From Octopus bimaculoides (lineage: Eukaryota): a DNA stretch of 64,000 bases. Position 1 is the first letter of the stretch. Each line of letters starts with the position of its first letter. The position numbers and the translations under genes are program-made. Shown in pieces: positions 12,386 through 25,624 of this stretch. The notes beneath the pieces were generated by a model. That model was not told where the DNA came from. It ran no database searches and worked only from the letters and a program-made list of their open reading frames with translations. Location: assembly GCF_001194135.2 (NCBI RefSeq), contig NC_068982.1, forward strand, positions 101,550,798 through 101,614,797. Reading direction: 5' to 3'.

Positions 12386-13919
12386 TTATTATAAGGTAAA
12401 TCGTTAACTAATTTAATTTAATTTTAATTTTAATTTAAATCTTGTATATACCTAGATCTATATGTATCGAAACATTTGTAGTGATCATTAAAAAGCTGCT
12501 CAACCGTACTTACTCTTCCTTTTGACTCTTTTACTCTTAACTTCTGCGATTATATATATATATATAACATCATAACTATCGTTCATTGTTGATGCAGAAA
12601 AATATCAATGCAATGGGAATCAACACCAAGCACAGGAGCACACATGTTCCTAAGCCATATTTCGATAGTAAAGCAATTCATTGACACTATAGTTTGGTAT
12701 AAAAAAGAGAGACTTATTCCTTAAGTTAGCGGGGCAAGTCACCACGAATGGGTACATAGCAAGAAGAGGCTAAAATATGAAGGGTTTAACGAATTGTGTG
12801 GGGCAAATATACAACTTCCTTCGTCTATTTCCACGAGGATGTAGGTCTGCTTCAGAACCCAGAATGTTCTACTTAGCCGAATACTATTTAGGAATACTAA
12901 CAAAGAAATGATATACGAATTTGAGAGATATTGTAAGAAACAGTGCAAAATAAAAGTGAAAAGAAAGTGTAAAGAACAAAGCCTCAGCAAGCAGTAAAAT
13001 GAAATACTTGCTGCATGTATGGAGTGTTTAAGATAAATGCAGCTTAGTGTGGTGTGTGCATGGCCGATGGAGAAAAAAAAGAAGCATAATGGAACATGAC
13101 CGAAAAACCTAGAGATTCTTTTGTAGCATCAATGCTGATTGTCACCGCTGAAGAGAGTGTTAGTCAGAAGGTGCTGAAATCGTTATTATCCCAAGCAGAC
13201 AGCTGATGAAGGAGATGTCACACAGGTATATGTATAACATATTTATGTATCTGAGTCTCTATGCGTGAGTGTGCTTGTGTGTATAGCTATCTTCCTTGTC
13301 TCACATGTTACTCTGTGCAACATTTATTCATAACTTATACCAGTACTAAGCACCTCGTATCCCTACGTCAGTTCGTCTCTCTAAAGTACCAGTCTTTCGA
13401 AAATACCAGAGTCGCCTGGAGTTTGTACTTAGTGCGGTATAAGGATACAACGTGATATTACCCAGGGCAAGTTTACATTACATGATATATACATACATAC
13501 ATGCATACATACATACATACATACGTACACACACATACACATATATTTATATATGTGTGNNNNNNNNNNNNNNNNNNNNNNNNNNNNNNNNNNNNNNNNN
13601 NNNNNNNNNNNNNNNNNNNNNNNNNNNNNNNNNNNNNNNNNNNNNNNNNNNNNNNNNNNNNNNNNNNNNNNNNNNNNNNNNNNNNNNNNNNNNNNNNNNN
13701 NNNNNNNNNNNNNNNNNNNNNNNNNNNNNNNNNNNNNNNNNNNNNNNNNNNNNNNNNNNNNNNNNNNNNNNNNNNNNNNNNNNNNNNNNNNNNNNNNNNN
13801 NNNNNNNNNNNNNNNNNNNNNNNNNNNNNNNNNNNNNNNNNNNNNNNNNNNNNNNNNNNNNNNNNNNNNNNNNNNNNNNNNNNNNNNNNNNNNNNNNNNN
13901 NNNNNNNNNNNNNNNNNNN

Positions 13920-13953
<34 letters not shown>

Positions 13954-14754
13954 TGCACACAAATACACGCATGCACACGCTCGCACGCACACACACACAC
14001 ACACACACACACAGAAACATACAGACGCACAGTCAAACACTGAGTAAAAGAAAGAAAGAAAGAAAAAAGAGAGAGATTGAGAGAGACAGGCAGACAGGCA
14101 GACAGACAGACAGATAGATTTATGTGTATGTTATCTGTTAACGTTTGCGGATGTTTCCTATAAACCCAGTTAACTGTCTTTGTATGAATGTATTTGATCT
14201 TTTATATTCGTTCGGCTTACAAAATAGCTCTGGATTCTGTATTTATTTGTTTCTGTGTATATAGCTTTGTGTTGTGTGAAATGTGTATGATTAGTGATTG
14301 TATGCTTCTTTTGAAATGTGGTGAGCAAAAAAAGAAAAAAACTCGTACAAAAACCTACAATTCGCTATTCTGTATCTTCACCTTGTATAAGTGATTATGT
14401 TATATAATAGTCAATTAAAGTTCCCATTCACTTAGATAGAGGTTAGCTCCGTGTCGGGTGGGTGACTTTCGGAAACTGTTCCGGCTCCTCGCTTTCTGAC
14501 AGCAACGCCTGAAACGGCGCCTGTGCCAATCTTTGTATTGTTAATTGGTTAAAATTACGTTTCTGTGATGTAATTGCTATCTGTTTCTCTCTCTCTCTTT
14601 CCTTCTACCTGTCTCCTCTACCCGACTCTCTCTCTNNNNNNNNNNNNNNNNNNNNNNNNNNNNNNNNNNNNNNNNNNNNNNNNNNNNNNNNNNNNNNNNN
14701 NNNNNNNNATATATATATATATATATATACATGCATATATATATACGCATGCAC

Positions 14755-15117
14755 ACGGCGGATCAGTGGTTAGAGCGCCGAGCTTGCGATCGTGAGGCTG
14801 AGAGTTGGATTCCCGGACCGGGCTGCGTGTTGTGTTCTTGAGCATGGCACTTTATTTCACGTTGCTCCAGTTCAGTCACCTGTAGAAATGAGTTGGGATG
14901 TCACTGGTGCCAAGCTGTATCAGCCTTTGCCTTTCCCTTGGATAACATCGGTGGCGTGGAGAGGAAAGTCTGGTATGCATGGGCGACTGTTGGTCTTCCA
15001 TAAAACAACCCTGTGTTGTGCGTTCGCCGGTGAGGCGACTTTCCGCTTAGACTTGTACCCCGGATGGGAACCTCTTTGGTATACCCACCCATAGCCATTC
15101 GTGACCGACGGAGTCGA
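14755..15117 (+). mobile_element. tRNA-derived SINE, family C (CORE-like body)
   Basis: A box tcagtggttagagcg, B box gagttggattccc, body ttgtgttcttgagca..actttatttcacgttgctccagttca..ctgtagaaatgag, tail gtgaccgacggagtc. Confidence 0.85.
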
Positions 15118-15125
15118 GTTCTAGT

Positions 15126-15172
<47 letters not shown>

Positions 15173-15229
15173 GTGTGTACTGTTTGTGTGTGTGTGTGTG
15201 ATAATATAATGTATATCTATATCAATCTC

Positions 15230-15271
<42 letters not shown>

Positions 15272-15499
15272 CATATATATATATATGTATATTATAAATG
15301 CAATATAATATATTATGTAATGTAATATACAAACATATATATATACACTTGATGTAATATATATATATATATATATATATATATTCCTACCTTTACTTNN
15401 NNNNNNNNNNNNNNNNNNNNNNNNNNNNNNNNNNNNNNNNNNNNNNNNNNNNNNNNNNNNNNNNNNNNNNNNNNNNNNNNNNNNNNNNNNNNNNNNNNN

Positions 15500-15560
<61 letters not shown>

Positions 15561-16439
15561 TACACACACACATGCACACAAATTGCTTAAGTTTGCAAAT
15601 TTAACAGGAACTTTCATGGTGAAAATACTAGGATTTCAGTCACAAGGCACTGCTGAACCCAAAAGCTATTGTACATTAGATTTACCTAACGTGCTGTGGA
15701 ATTGGACCGCCGTCGGAATCGTGTGGATGGAAAGTAAACATTCTGATTTCACGAAATTAAAACTGAAATGGATTAACTTTAAAACTTTAATTGGGAATCT
15801 CAATTGGATAACTTGCTAAAGCACAGTGGCGATTCACAACTACTTTGCCGCACTCACCACAAAAATGAAAATATCAGTTATTTTTAACCTGAGTGTACAA
15901 GAGTCAATAATTTACAAATTAGAGATGTTTTGTAATTCATCGGTTTTCTTCTGAAAAAGTAATTTTAAACATGAATGAAGTGAAATTGTTTCAACTAAGA
16001 AAATAAATATGGTCATGGGTTGAGCTTTTGAGGTCCTCTCTGTATATCTATAATACTCACCACAAAGAAATGTATGTGTTTATGTTGTGAATGGTTTTGT
16101 CAAGGGAGGACCGATAACGAATTGAGGCGCTGAGTGCAGCAGTTTGGAAGGTGATCATTCAGCCTATTTTTTCATTGGAGCCAAACATACACATACACGC
16201 TCGCTTGCAGTAAATATATAGACAAATGGATAGAAAGAAAAAAAGAGAGAGAGAGAGAGAGAAAAAGGAAGGAAGAAAAAGAAAAGAAAGAAAAAAAGAA
16301 ACAAAGAAAGATAGAGCAAGGTAAGACATTACAATTTATTAACAGAACACGATTGACGTAAACACTTTCCCTCTCCTCATAAACATACAGAATTATGCTT
16401 ACGCACGCAGGCACGCAAACATAAGGAGACGTAGAAAAG

Positions 16440-16448
16440 ATAGATAGG

Positions 16449-16491
<43 letters not shown>

Positions 16492-16532
16492 GTAGGTAGG
16501 TAGGTAGGTAGGTAGGTAGGTAGGTAGGTAGG
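16440..16532. repeat. (TAGA)n(TAGG)n compound tetranucleotide repeat
   Basis: Directly visible. Confidence 0.95.
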
Positions 16533-16536
16533 TTTT

Positions 16537-16655
16537 GTCGATAACATCAAGCCCTTTGCGCAGCTGGTACTCTATTTTATCGACCGCAAAAAGATGACAG
16601 GCAGAGTCAGCCGCGGCAGAATATGAACTCAGAAAGTAAATCCGGAAGAAATGAA
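16537..16655 (-). mobile_element. SINE family A fragment
   Basis: gctggtactctattttatcgacc..gatgacaggcagagtcagccgcggcagaatatgaactcagaa. Confidence 0.6.
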
Positions 16656-16789
16656 AAGTCTTTAATATTTAGGATCCAATAAGTGTGGTCGCTTGAATTG
16701 CTAGAAAGAGAAGGCAAATATCTCTGAAATTATATGCTACCGTCTTAAAAATAATATTAAAAAAACAAAATAAGGATATATGGATACAA

Positions 16790-17156
16790 TGTCGTTGTTG
16801 GCACTCCGTCGCTTACGACATCGAGGGTTCCAGTTGATCCGATCAACAGAACAACCTGCTCATGAAATTAACGTGCAAGTGGCTGAGCACTCCACAGACA
16901 CGTGTGCCCTTAACGTAGTTCTCGGGGATATCTAGCGTGACAAGGCTGACCCTTTGAATTACAAGCACAACAGAAAGTAAGAGTGAGAGAAAGCTGTGGT
17001 GAAAGAGTACAGCAGGGTTCGTCACCATCCCCTGCCGGAGCGTCGTGGAGCTTTAGGTGTTTTCGCTCAATAAACACTCACAACGCCCGGTCTGGGAATC
17101 GAAACCGTGATCCTATGACCACGAGTCCCTAACCACTGTGCCATTGCGCCTCCACA
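16790..17156 (-). mobile_element. tRNA-derived SINE, family D (complete)
   Basis: Minus strand tggaggcgcaatggcacagtggttaggga..gtttcgattcccagaccgggcgttgtgagtgtttattgagcgaaaacacctaaagctcc..; tail ..ggaaccctcgatgtcgtaagcgacggagtgccaacaac. Confidence 0.9.
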
Positions 17157-18034
17157 TGGATATAATGTAGATAGCAACTATATATGTAAAGACTGGATGG
17201 TCATAGAGAAATACTTTTGAACATAGAATATTCGACCAGCAGCGATGTAGGGGAAGATAACCTCATTTTTGATTTTCGTTGAATAATCTTGTTGTTCATG
17301 TTTACGGAAAAAAGAAATAGTCGGGTGAAATGAATCAAGAATATTACTGGTACTAAATGTAGAGAATCTCGAAAGACAAATGGCTGAATAAACTCCGTCG
17401 GATTTCGATCTGAGTACATTGAGGGTGGAACGCTACTAGTGTAAGTTAGTTAGTTCCGACTCTGTTTAGTTTCTGCCGTCTCACTGCCTTACATACATAC
17501 AGAATATTAATGTTAAGTGATATTCAAAATTCAACAACATCTTTGTGTTTATTTCCTGTAAACATACTTAATCTTGTTTGTGAACGAAACTCAAAGAGAG
17601 AGAGAGACAGAGACAGAGACAGACAGACAAAGACAGAGAGACGGAGAGAGAGCGATAAATAGATAGAGAGAGAGAGACGAGAGACGAGAGAAAAAATATC
17701 ATCTATTTTAAGCTGAAGTGTTTGAATAAGAATTTTATCCCTAGGGCATTTAAACTGACTACAAATCTGTTGAATGGATTGTATATAGCATTATGGATTT
17801 GAAAAATCCCATGGCTAACATCGCATGGAGAAAGACAACAGCAGTTATCCACGCTTGAATTAGCTTTATGAAAATCTGACAACCACAATCTGTAAGGTCC
17901 AATCCAAGGAAGAGAATAATCTGGAGACTTTTCGCATGCATTCTTGATTCAAATGCATTTATTGCTAAGCGATAACCAAAATTCAATTCCTACATGAGCA
18001 ATTATTGATCTTCTCAGAATTGACAGAGAAGTAC

Positions 18035-18083
18035 TATTGCTATTATTACTACTGCTAGTAGTAGTAGTGGTGGTAGTAGCAGC

Positions 18084-18138
<55 letters not shown>

Positions 18139-18272
18139 ACAGTAATAGTAGGTGCTGGGGAAGAATCAAATAGAATTATATTTGCAGCCGGGATACATCA
18201 TTTTGTTGCTTGCTGCATGAAGGAAATTCAATGGTGTTATGTCTAAAAGGATAATATTGATAGCGATATTTA

Positions 18273-18324
<52 letters not shown>

Positions 18325-18330
18325 TGTAGT
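18035..18330. repeat. (GTA)n trinucleotide arrays (two blocks)
   Basis: Directly visible; source of poly-Val/poly-Tyr ORFs. Confidence 0.95.
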
Positions 18331-18782
18331 TGTTGTTACCGTTTATGTTATTGTTGCTGCTGCTGCTGATGATGATGATTATGAAGGTCGCTGTGTGCTG
18401 GTGAGGAGTTTGAACAGTGGTGGTTATGAATATGATCAAATGATGATCATCACGACGGCAACTGCAAAAGCGAAGATGTTAACATAACCTAATTGTAAAA
18501 AAAAAACACAATATAATTAGTAGAAAATATCAATTGAAAATCCATGCCACCTAACACAGCACATCATAGCAGTAAATGTATTGATAAAATGATAAATTGA
18601 TACAAATCTTTGTTTTTCTCATAGTTTAAATAAATCTGATGCTATTCCAGCATGATCACAAAACAATACAGTTTAATCGCTTTAAAAATTCTGAAGAACT
18701 AAATAACCCCCGCACAAAAATAAAAATAAAGAAAAACGAAATTAAATGAACTTTATGACTTAATTGATATCAATCCTATTCA

Positions 18783-18860
<78 letters not shown>

Positions 18861-19544
18861 CATGTATATATATATATATATATATCGATGTCGGTCAGGA
18901 TTGCAATCACACAACAAATGTTGTTTGGGTGATTAGGCTAAACATACATATACTGCAACCAAAATAAACTTTATGAAAGTAATATTAAGTGTTATTCTCT
19001 AAGGATTTAATGTAAACATTTATTTAATACAAACTTAATTCAAATTAATCTTATACAAACATTTATTGTAAATGCACTTAAATCAGCTTACAGCCTGCGA
19101 AATGCAACAAGGTCACACTTGTTTATGAGAGGGACAGCCATTTTTTCTAAACCAAATGTTGAATGTAGAAATTGAAAACAAATAAATATTATTACATCAG
19201 AACTTATCTTTTATTATTCTTTTCCTGGTTCATCACTGGACTAGGGCGAACTTGGGGCACCCACCTTCCAGTATTCAAACGATAATATCTGTCCCTGTAT
19301 ATATTTTAACCTGTTATTTGTATTGTTCACTATTTGCCGAACGCAAAATTATAGGGCATAAAAGGACACTGCAAACGACAGTTTTAGGACTAATGTGTGA
19401 GCATAAAGACACTCGTGATATATATTTATTTAGATACATACATATATACAAATGCACGCACGCGCGCACTCATACAGTTATCTCTCTCTTTTTATATAAG
19501 TAAATGCATGCTATTGTACTAGCCTGTTGTCTATTTATCTTTAA

Positions 19545-20083
19545 TCTTTTATATCTTTCTCTCATTGGACTGCGGTCACGCTGGGGCACCGCCTTCAAGA
19601 ACATTTCGAATGAATCTACCCCAGTACTTTTTAATCCAGGTACTTATTCTAACGGTTTCTTTTGCCAAACCGCTAAGTTACGGGGACGTAAACACACCAA
19701 ACATTAGCTGTCAAGCGGTGGAGAGTGGGGAAAAACACATACATACATGCATACATACAGACAGACAGACATACATACATACATATATATATAATACTTT
19801 TACTCTTTTACTTTTCACTTGTTTCAGTCATTTGCCTGCGGCCATGCTGGAGCACCGCCTTTAGTCGAGCAAATCGACCCCAGGACTTATTCTTTGTAAG
19901 CCTAGTACTTATTCTATCGGTCTCTTTTGCCGAACCGCTACGTTACGGGGACGTAAACACACCAGCATCGGTTGTCGAGCGATGTTGGAGGGACAAACAC
20001 AGACACACAAACATACACACACACACACATACACACACACACACATACACACACACACACATATATATACATATACATATATA
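19545..20083 (-). mobile_element. Two tandem SINE family B 3' halves
   Basis: 19545-19720 (diverged) and 19790-20083 (near consensus) both carry ctggagcaccgcc..gaaccgcta.gttacggggacgtaaacacacca; the second runs into a (CA)/(TA) tract and a gap. Confidence 0.88.
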
Positions 20084-20731
20084 NNNNNNNNNNNNNNNNN
20101 NNNNNNNNNNNNNNNNNNNNNNNNNNNNNNNNNNNNNNNNNNNNNNNNNNNNNNNNNNNNNNNNNNNNNNNNNNNNNNNNNNNNNNNNNNNNNNNNNNNN
20201 NNNNNNNNNNNNNNNNNNNNNNNNNNNNNNNNNNNNNNNNNNNNNNNNNNNNNNNNNNNNNNNNNNNNNNNNNNNNNNNNNNNNNNNNNNNNNNNNNNNN
20301 NNNNNNNNNNNNNNNNNNNNNNNNNNNNNNNNNNNNNNNNNNNNNNNNNNNNNNNNNNNNNNNNNNNNNNNNNNNNNNNNNNNNNNNNNNNNNNNNNNNN
20401 NNNNNNNNNNNNNNNNNNNNNNNNNNNNNNNNNNNNNNNNNNNNNNNNNNNNNNNNNNNNNNNNNNNNNNNNNNNNNNNNNNNNNNNNNNNNNNNNNNNN
20501 NNNNNNNNNNNNNNNNNNNNNNNNNNNNNNNNNNNNNNNNNNNNNNNNNNNNNNNNNNNNNNNNNNNNNNNNNNNNNNNNNNNNNNNNNNNNNNNNNNNN
20601 NNNNNNNNNNNNNNNNNNNNNNNNNNNNNNNNNNNNNNNNNNNNNNNNNNNNNNNNNNNNNNNNNNNNNNNNNNNNNNNNNNNNNNNNNNNNNNNNNNNN
20701 NNNNNNNNNNNNNNNNNNNNNNNNNNNNNNN

Positions 20732-20766
<35 letters not shown>

Positions 20767-20772
<6 letters not shown>

Positions 20773-21562
20773 CTTGCAGATAATTTGAGACAAATTTTAC
20801 GATGTATAAATCTGGTTATAAGCACTAAAATATTGGTAGTATGCAAATATAATTTTTTATGTAGCATCCATTACAAAAACATTATCACTAAATATGGCCG
20901 CCCTTTTGAGCAATACTGCCTCCACACGAGAACGAAATTTTTTGAAGCTGCCAAAACCTCCGCATTTTTGATTTTCTGTGTCGCACGCACGATGCAGATC
21001 TTCAAACTGTTAACATTCGAGTGTGGTGGAGCACTTGGTCCTTGCTTGAAGTACACCCCATAAAAAGTAATCGAGCAAGTTATGATCTGAGCTATTACTG
21101 GGCTAGATGTTGGCACTCACAAAAATTGGCACCTTCTCACCAAGGAAGGCCTATGTTGCTTTAGACCCATGGCATGGTGCAGAATCCTAGATAAGCACCA
21201 CATCGTGAAGACCAAACTTCTGCCCCCCCCCCTCCGAGGTAACAGAGACTTCTTCAGGATGTCCAAATATTCCTCTGTGCCGATCTTCAAGCCAAACTCA
21301 ATGAAGTGTGGATCCATAAAACTTCCATCACTCGCTACGGCTTCAAATACCATCATAGGGGTTGGATTCTTAGTCCCAAACACAGTGGGGGCGTCAGCAG
21401 GGTTGTATGCTATCACTCGAGAAGTTCTACGATTCACCTCTCGTCCACAAACACAAGAGTTGTTCATGCACCATGATGCTTGTTGTATGACTGAAGCTGT
21501 AAGAATTTCTCGTATCTGATTGCTTTTACCTTCGCTGTTAGGAGGTGATGGCGTCGTCAGAC
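20767..21562 (-). mobile_element. DD37D (maT/Bmmar1-like) transposon remnant with one terminal repeat
   Basis: Minus translation ..KNPTPMMVFEAVASDG..PHFIEFGLKIGTEEYLDILK..LI*DSAPCHG..*PSNSSDHNLLDYFLWGV; 37 residues counted between the second and third Asp. End (t)agggtcttgcagataatttgag next to (TA)n. Confidence 0.85.
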
Positions 21563-23584
21563 ATAGCTAGTTATGCCAAGATTTTTGTTCACAGCTCCGG
21601 ATACCGTGGTAAGGGACACATTGCGTTTCTTTGTAAGACTTGTCATGGATGCCCAATTTCAGACTACTAAATTCCACTTGCAATGTACTGGTCAACCCAA
21701 GATTGAGGTAGAAGATACTTGAGCATGATGATCACCTAAAGGACTGGATCGAAACCATGCAGTTGCGAACGGAGCATAAACTTACAGCATGTCTGCATCT
21801 AATTTTTTGTTTTAAGTGCATACATAGTGATTTTGTTTTTAAACAAAAGCCTTCGTCACTAATATTTCTTGGAGTTTTCGACTAAACTCGCTGCCGGTTA
21901 TGTTTTAATGTAATCTCAACCTCAGTCACAATTTTGTAGCTGTGCTCTTTCGTATATCCTTTGCCGCATTTTTACTATTATCACTGATCTCATAGAAGGA
22001 AAAACTTGACATTTCTCACCAACAGAAAAAAAACTAATATCAGGAATTGAAGCTCTTGTTAAAGAATGGTATGCAACCAAATTTCCTATTCGTGTTTGCT
22101 GCGGCGGTTTTTCAACAAGATCGGTGCACTATTTCCTGCAGAAGATTGGTTTGGAAAACAAACAACTGAAAGAAAAAAAGCCACTAACAGGAAAGGCTAG
22201 CAATTCAGGTGTGAAGAGACTGCAGATGGAATCCTGACCCTGAGACACTAGCTGAAAATATGAATAGGTTTTCAAGATCATGATTATTTTAGTAACCCAG
22301 GGTGTTTATTTTACCGATTACCATATCAAAAATGAATGTAACAAAAATTAAATGTATATTGTTTTTGCTTTTCTAACTTTCATGTTTTTGCTTTTCTAAC
22401 TTACATTGACTTACATTTTTTTCCGGCCGGGCATGAACTCTATAAACCCCAATAATCATGAAAGCCCGTAAAGTATATAAGTACTACACTACTTCTGTTG
22501 GTTAGCTTATAGAATTAAAAGAAGAAAAAAATTAAACTGAAGTTGGTCATATTTATTCATAGATATTTTATTTTCCTTATCTCCTTATCATCTATCATTT
22601 TAGAAATTCGCGACCTTAGTTCATTATTGTTTTTGACGATATTATTGTTGTCAATAAACGGATATAAGTTTTTGAAATAAAGTTCTAAAATTATATCAGT
22701 TTAAGAAAAAAATGTTTAAGAGTGATTTGGTTTGGAACTGATCTTGTCACAAAGATAATCGATTGAAACGTTCTTGTCTGGCAAATATGACTGACTACAA
22801 CATGATTTTCTCTCTCTCTTTCTATTTTCATTTTTCATTTTTATTTTTTATATTATTTTGTTCTCACGCAGATAATATCTTCAATTGGTATCGTCTGGCT
22901 AGAGATGTTAGAATAGAAATTAATCAAAATAAAAACTATAAAAAGAAAACCAAAAGACAAACGTATTATTTTATTTAATGAGCTGCTTTAAAAGCTCTGA
23001 ATATCTGCTAATTAGACTAACTCACAATAGCTGTTGATTTTTAAAATTGTCATTTGTTTGTTCTTCACACCGCAGGAGAAATATGAATATGGCTGCACAT
23101 AACTATAGTGAAATAATGAGTAAACATTCCACAATACGCTTCCCATGGAAATCAGACAAACTCGATGTTTCCTGATCACCCGTATATGGCAAACTCCGAG
23201 TAGCGGGGAAGGTCGTGTGGATCCTGAGTAGTCACCAACTAAATATGAAATTTGCTTCAGGTATTGAGTTTTCTTTCCTGTTTGCAACACACACACATTA
23301 ATTAAAGAACTAAAAAAAAAAAAAATGGAGTCACGCAATCACATTCATTAGCTTACAGCTGTTTCTGATTGGAGAAGTTCTGCACTTCCTCAAAGCCAAT
23401 TAGTATTCTGGTCTGTGATCGACTAACGCTTTGCGCTAAGTAAGTTTTTTTCTGATATCTCGTTATTCGTATCGCTATACCTGAGCGAAATCGTAATACA
23501 TACATACATACATACATACATACATACATACATACTTGCATATATACTTGCATATATACATACATACTTGCATATATTCACCTC

Positions 23585-23640
23585 ATACCGCTAAGCATTT
23601 CGTCCAGCGAGCTAACGATTCTGCCAGCTCACCGCCTTCT
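23585..23640 (-). mobile_element. SINE family A 5' fragment
   Basis: ataccgctaagcatttcgtccagcgagctaacgattctgccagctcaccgcctt. Confidence 0.75.
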
Positions 23641-23641
23641 C

Positions 23642-23688
<47 letters not shown>

Positions 23689-23689
23689 C

Positions 23690-23930
23690 AACAAGTGTAC
23701 TCAGAGAGCACAAACCTCCGACAAGGCAACACCAAAATCCTCTCAACGATTAGCCGGAAGTGATTTTTAAAATGAGAATATCTGAAGTAAACTCGACTCC
23801 TCTCACAAACGAGAATACTAAAAATGAATCCGACCTCTCTCAGACATTAAGTAAAAAGACCGGAAAAATAAATAATGCAAAATCCTTTCCGGTATCTGAT
23901 CGATCCCAATGGTAGTCATGGAATGTCAAG
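23690..23930 (+). repeat. Interspersed repeat fragment, possibly Helentron-associated (HINE/DINE-1-like)
   Basis: Starts aacaagtgtactcagagagcacaaacctccgacaaggc, resembling the remembered 5' end (acaagagcactcagagagcgca.acctccgccaagg) of such elements. 3' end not found. Confidence 0.3.
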
Positions 23931-25398
23931 GTGCATGTCGGTCCGTGTTTGTAATGCTGTGTGTGTGTCGTCTGCAGTGGGAACAGGAATAGTTTTCTCT
24001 ATGAAGGTCTCTTTTTAGTCTATCCACTGATATAGTGTCTTTACGACCATTTAGGTCTATAGTGAAAAATTAACCGTTCGCGAATGAAAACGGAAAGGAC
24101 CTGCTGTTAAGGGAGGTTTAACAACATCGTTGCGCACAAAAACGTGAGTCCAAGAAGTGAAGCTTCCTTCAACGAAGAGCTAGGGATGCAATCGTCAAGT
24201 AGGTAAGAGGTTTTAAACAGGAACGATATATTGAAAAATGGTAAAACTAAAAATCGTCGAGGATAAGTTACATTTATTATTGTTACTAAATATGTTAGTG
24301 TTATTTAATTTCAGAGCGGTTTTGCTGTTTATGTAGTTTGATTTCTTTATCCATCAGTTTCTGCTAAGATAGAAACGCGAGTAAAATTAATAACAGAGCA
24401 ACGAAAATAAAAATTTGGAAACAGCAACACCGCCATAACTTACGTGGAAACCACAAGCGTGCTTTCAAGGTAGGTAATCAGAGAAAGACTTAAAAGTGAA
24501 AGTATGCTCGTAAAGTTAAGTAAATATAACAAATATCCAGAATCCTTGTTCAGTACCGGATCGATCCGCTAAAGCAGAGGTAACAATAATAACAATAATG
24601 ATAATGATAAAAAAAATGATAATGATGATAATAATAATAATGATGATAATGGTCGGGGATGGTACATGACGATACCATGTGGTGTTATATAAAAAAAAGC
24701 GTGTAAATAGTAAAATAGTAGAAAGAAAGAAACGAAGATTCAAACAAGAAATAATTCCTCTAAAGACTAAGGCCTGAGGACTTCTAGTGGATACCCCACA
24801 AAACCACAGACCCATTAACCACTAGGACAAGCGCCCACTCCCTATTCTCTTTCCTCAGATTACACCTGCATACTCACAGTATTCCTTGTCATTCTCCTCC
24901 ATCTCCTAAAAGATTGTGCTGTAAATTTGCACCTCTCCACCTTCAGTTTACTTTTTTACAAAAGCCACAAGATAAAGGATGTTTGCCTGTCCCCACAGCT
25001 TAAAAGAAAGTGGGGATGAAGGATCTTCACAATGGACTCAGCTGAGGATCGAATCCGTCTTACAAGCCAGAGTAGGTGTCCAACATTAAGCCACAGGTCA
25101 CTAATGCTGTGACACAGGAGGAGTGCGAGCAGAACAGTTTTGTTGCTCTGCACGCGTCTTGGTCAGGCCCAGCAGTTGATATATGCGTGCCCCTAGACTT
25201 TAAACCGAACCGACTACGCAGTCCCCTTTCCCCAGTAGCAGTGCCAGGCTAGGTTCTTCAGCAAAGTACACCTGGCCGCGGTCCGAAAGACTCTCTGAAC
25301 AGTACTAATCAAATACTGGGTATAATGTTTGCAGCTCATCCCTTCCCTCAAATTACTGGCCTTTTGCCCAAATCAGAAGCCATTATCCTTCACAGTCC

Positions 25399-25399
<1 letters not shown>

Positions 25400-25429
<30 letters not shown>

Positions 25430-25624
25430 CTTCTTCTTCTTCTCCTCGACCTCCCTTCTTCCCCTCCTTCCACTCTTCGTATTTTCTCCTCCTCCTTCTC
25501 CCTCTCCTATTCCTCGTCCTCCTCCTCGAACTCCCTTCCTCCTTTCCTTCCCCTTCATCGTATCTCCTCCTCCTCCTCCTCCTCCTCCTCCTTATTCTTC
25601 TTCTTCCTCTTCTTCTTCTTCTTC
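25400..25624. repeat. (CTT)n/(CCT)n pyrimidine-rich triplet tract
   Basis: Directly visible; runs into a gap. Confidence 0.95.

Noticed and set aside
14490-14520. CTGAC..GCCTGAAAC, a hammerhead-like spacing
   Set aside because: The core lacks NGA and no stem III or NUH pairing can be drawn.
14755-14830. tRNA-like A and B boxes here and in other SINE heads
   Set aside because: No complete cloverleaf or acceptor stem; each continues into a SINE body, so these are not tRNA genes.
23172-23202. CTGATCA..GGCAA-ACTC-C-GAGT-A, resembling the 28274 hammerhead
   Set aside because: G8 and G12 are both altered and helix I cannot pair; at best a heavily decayed relic.
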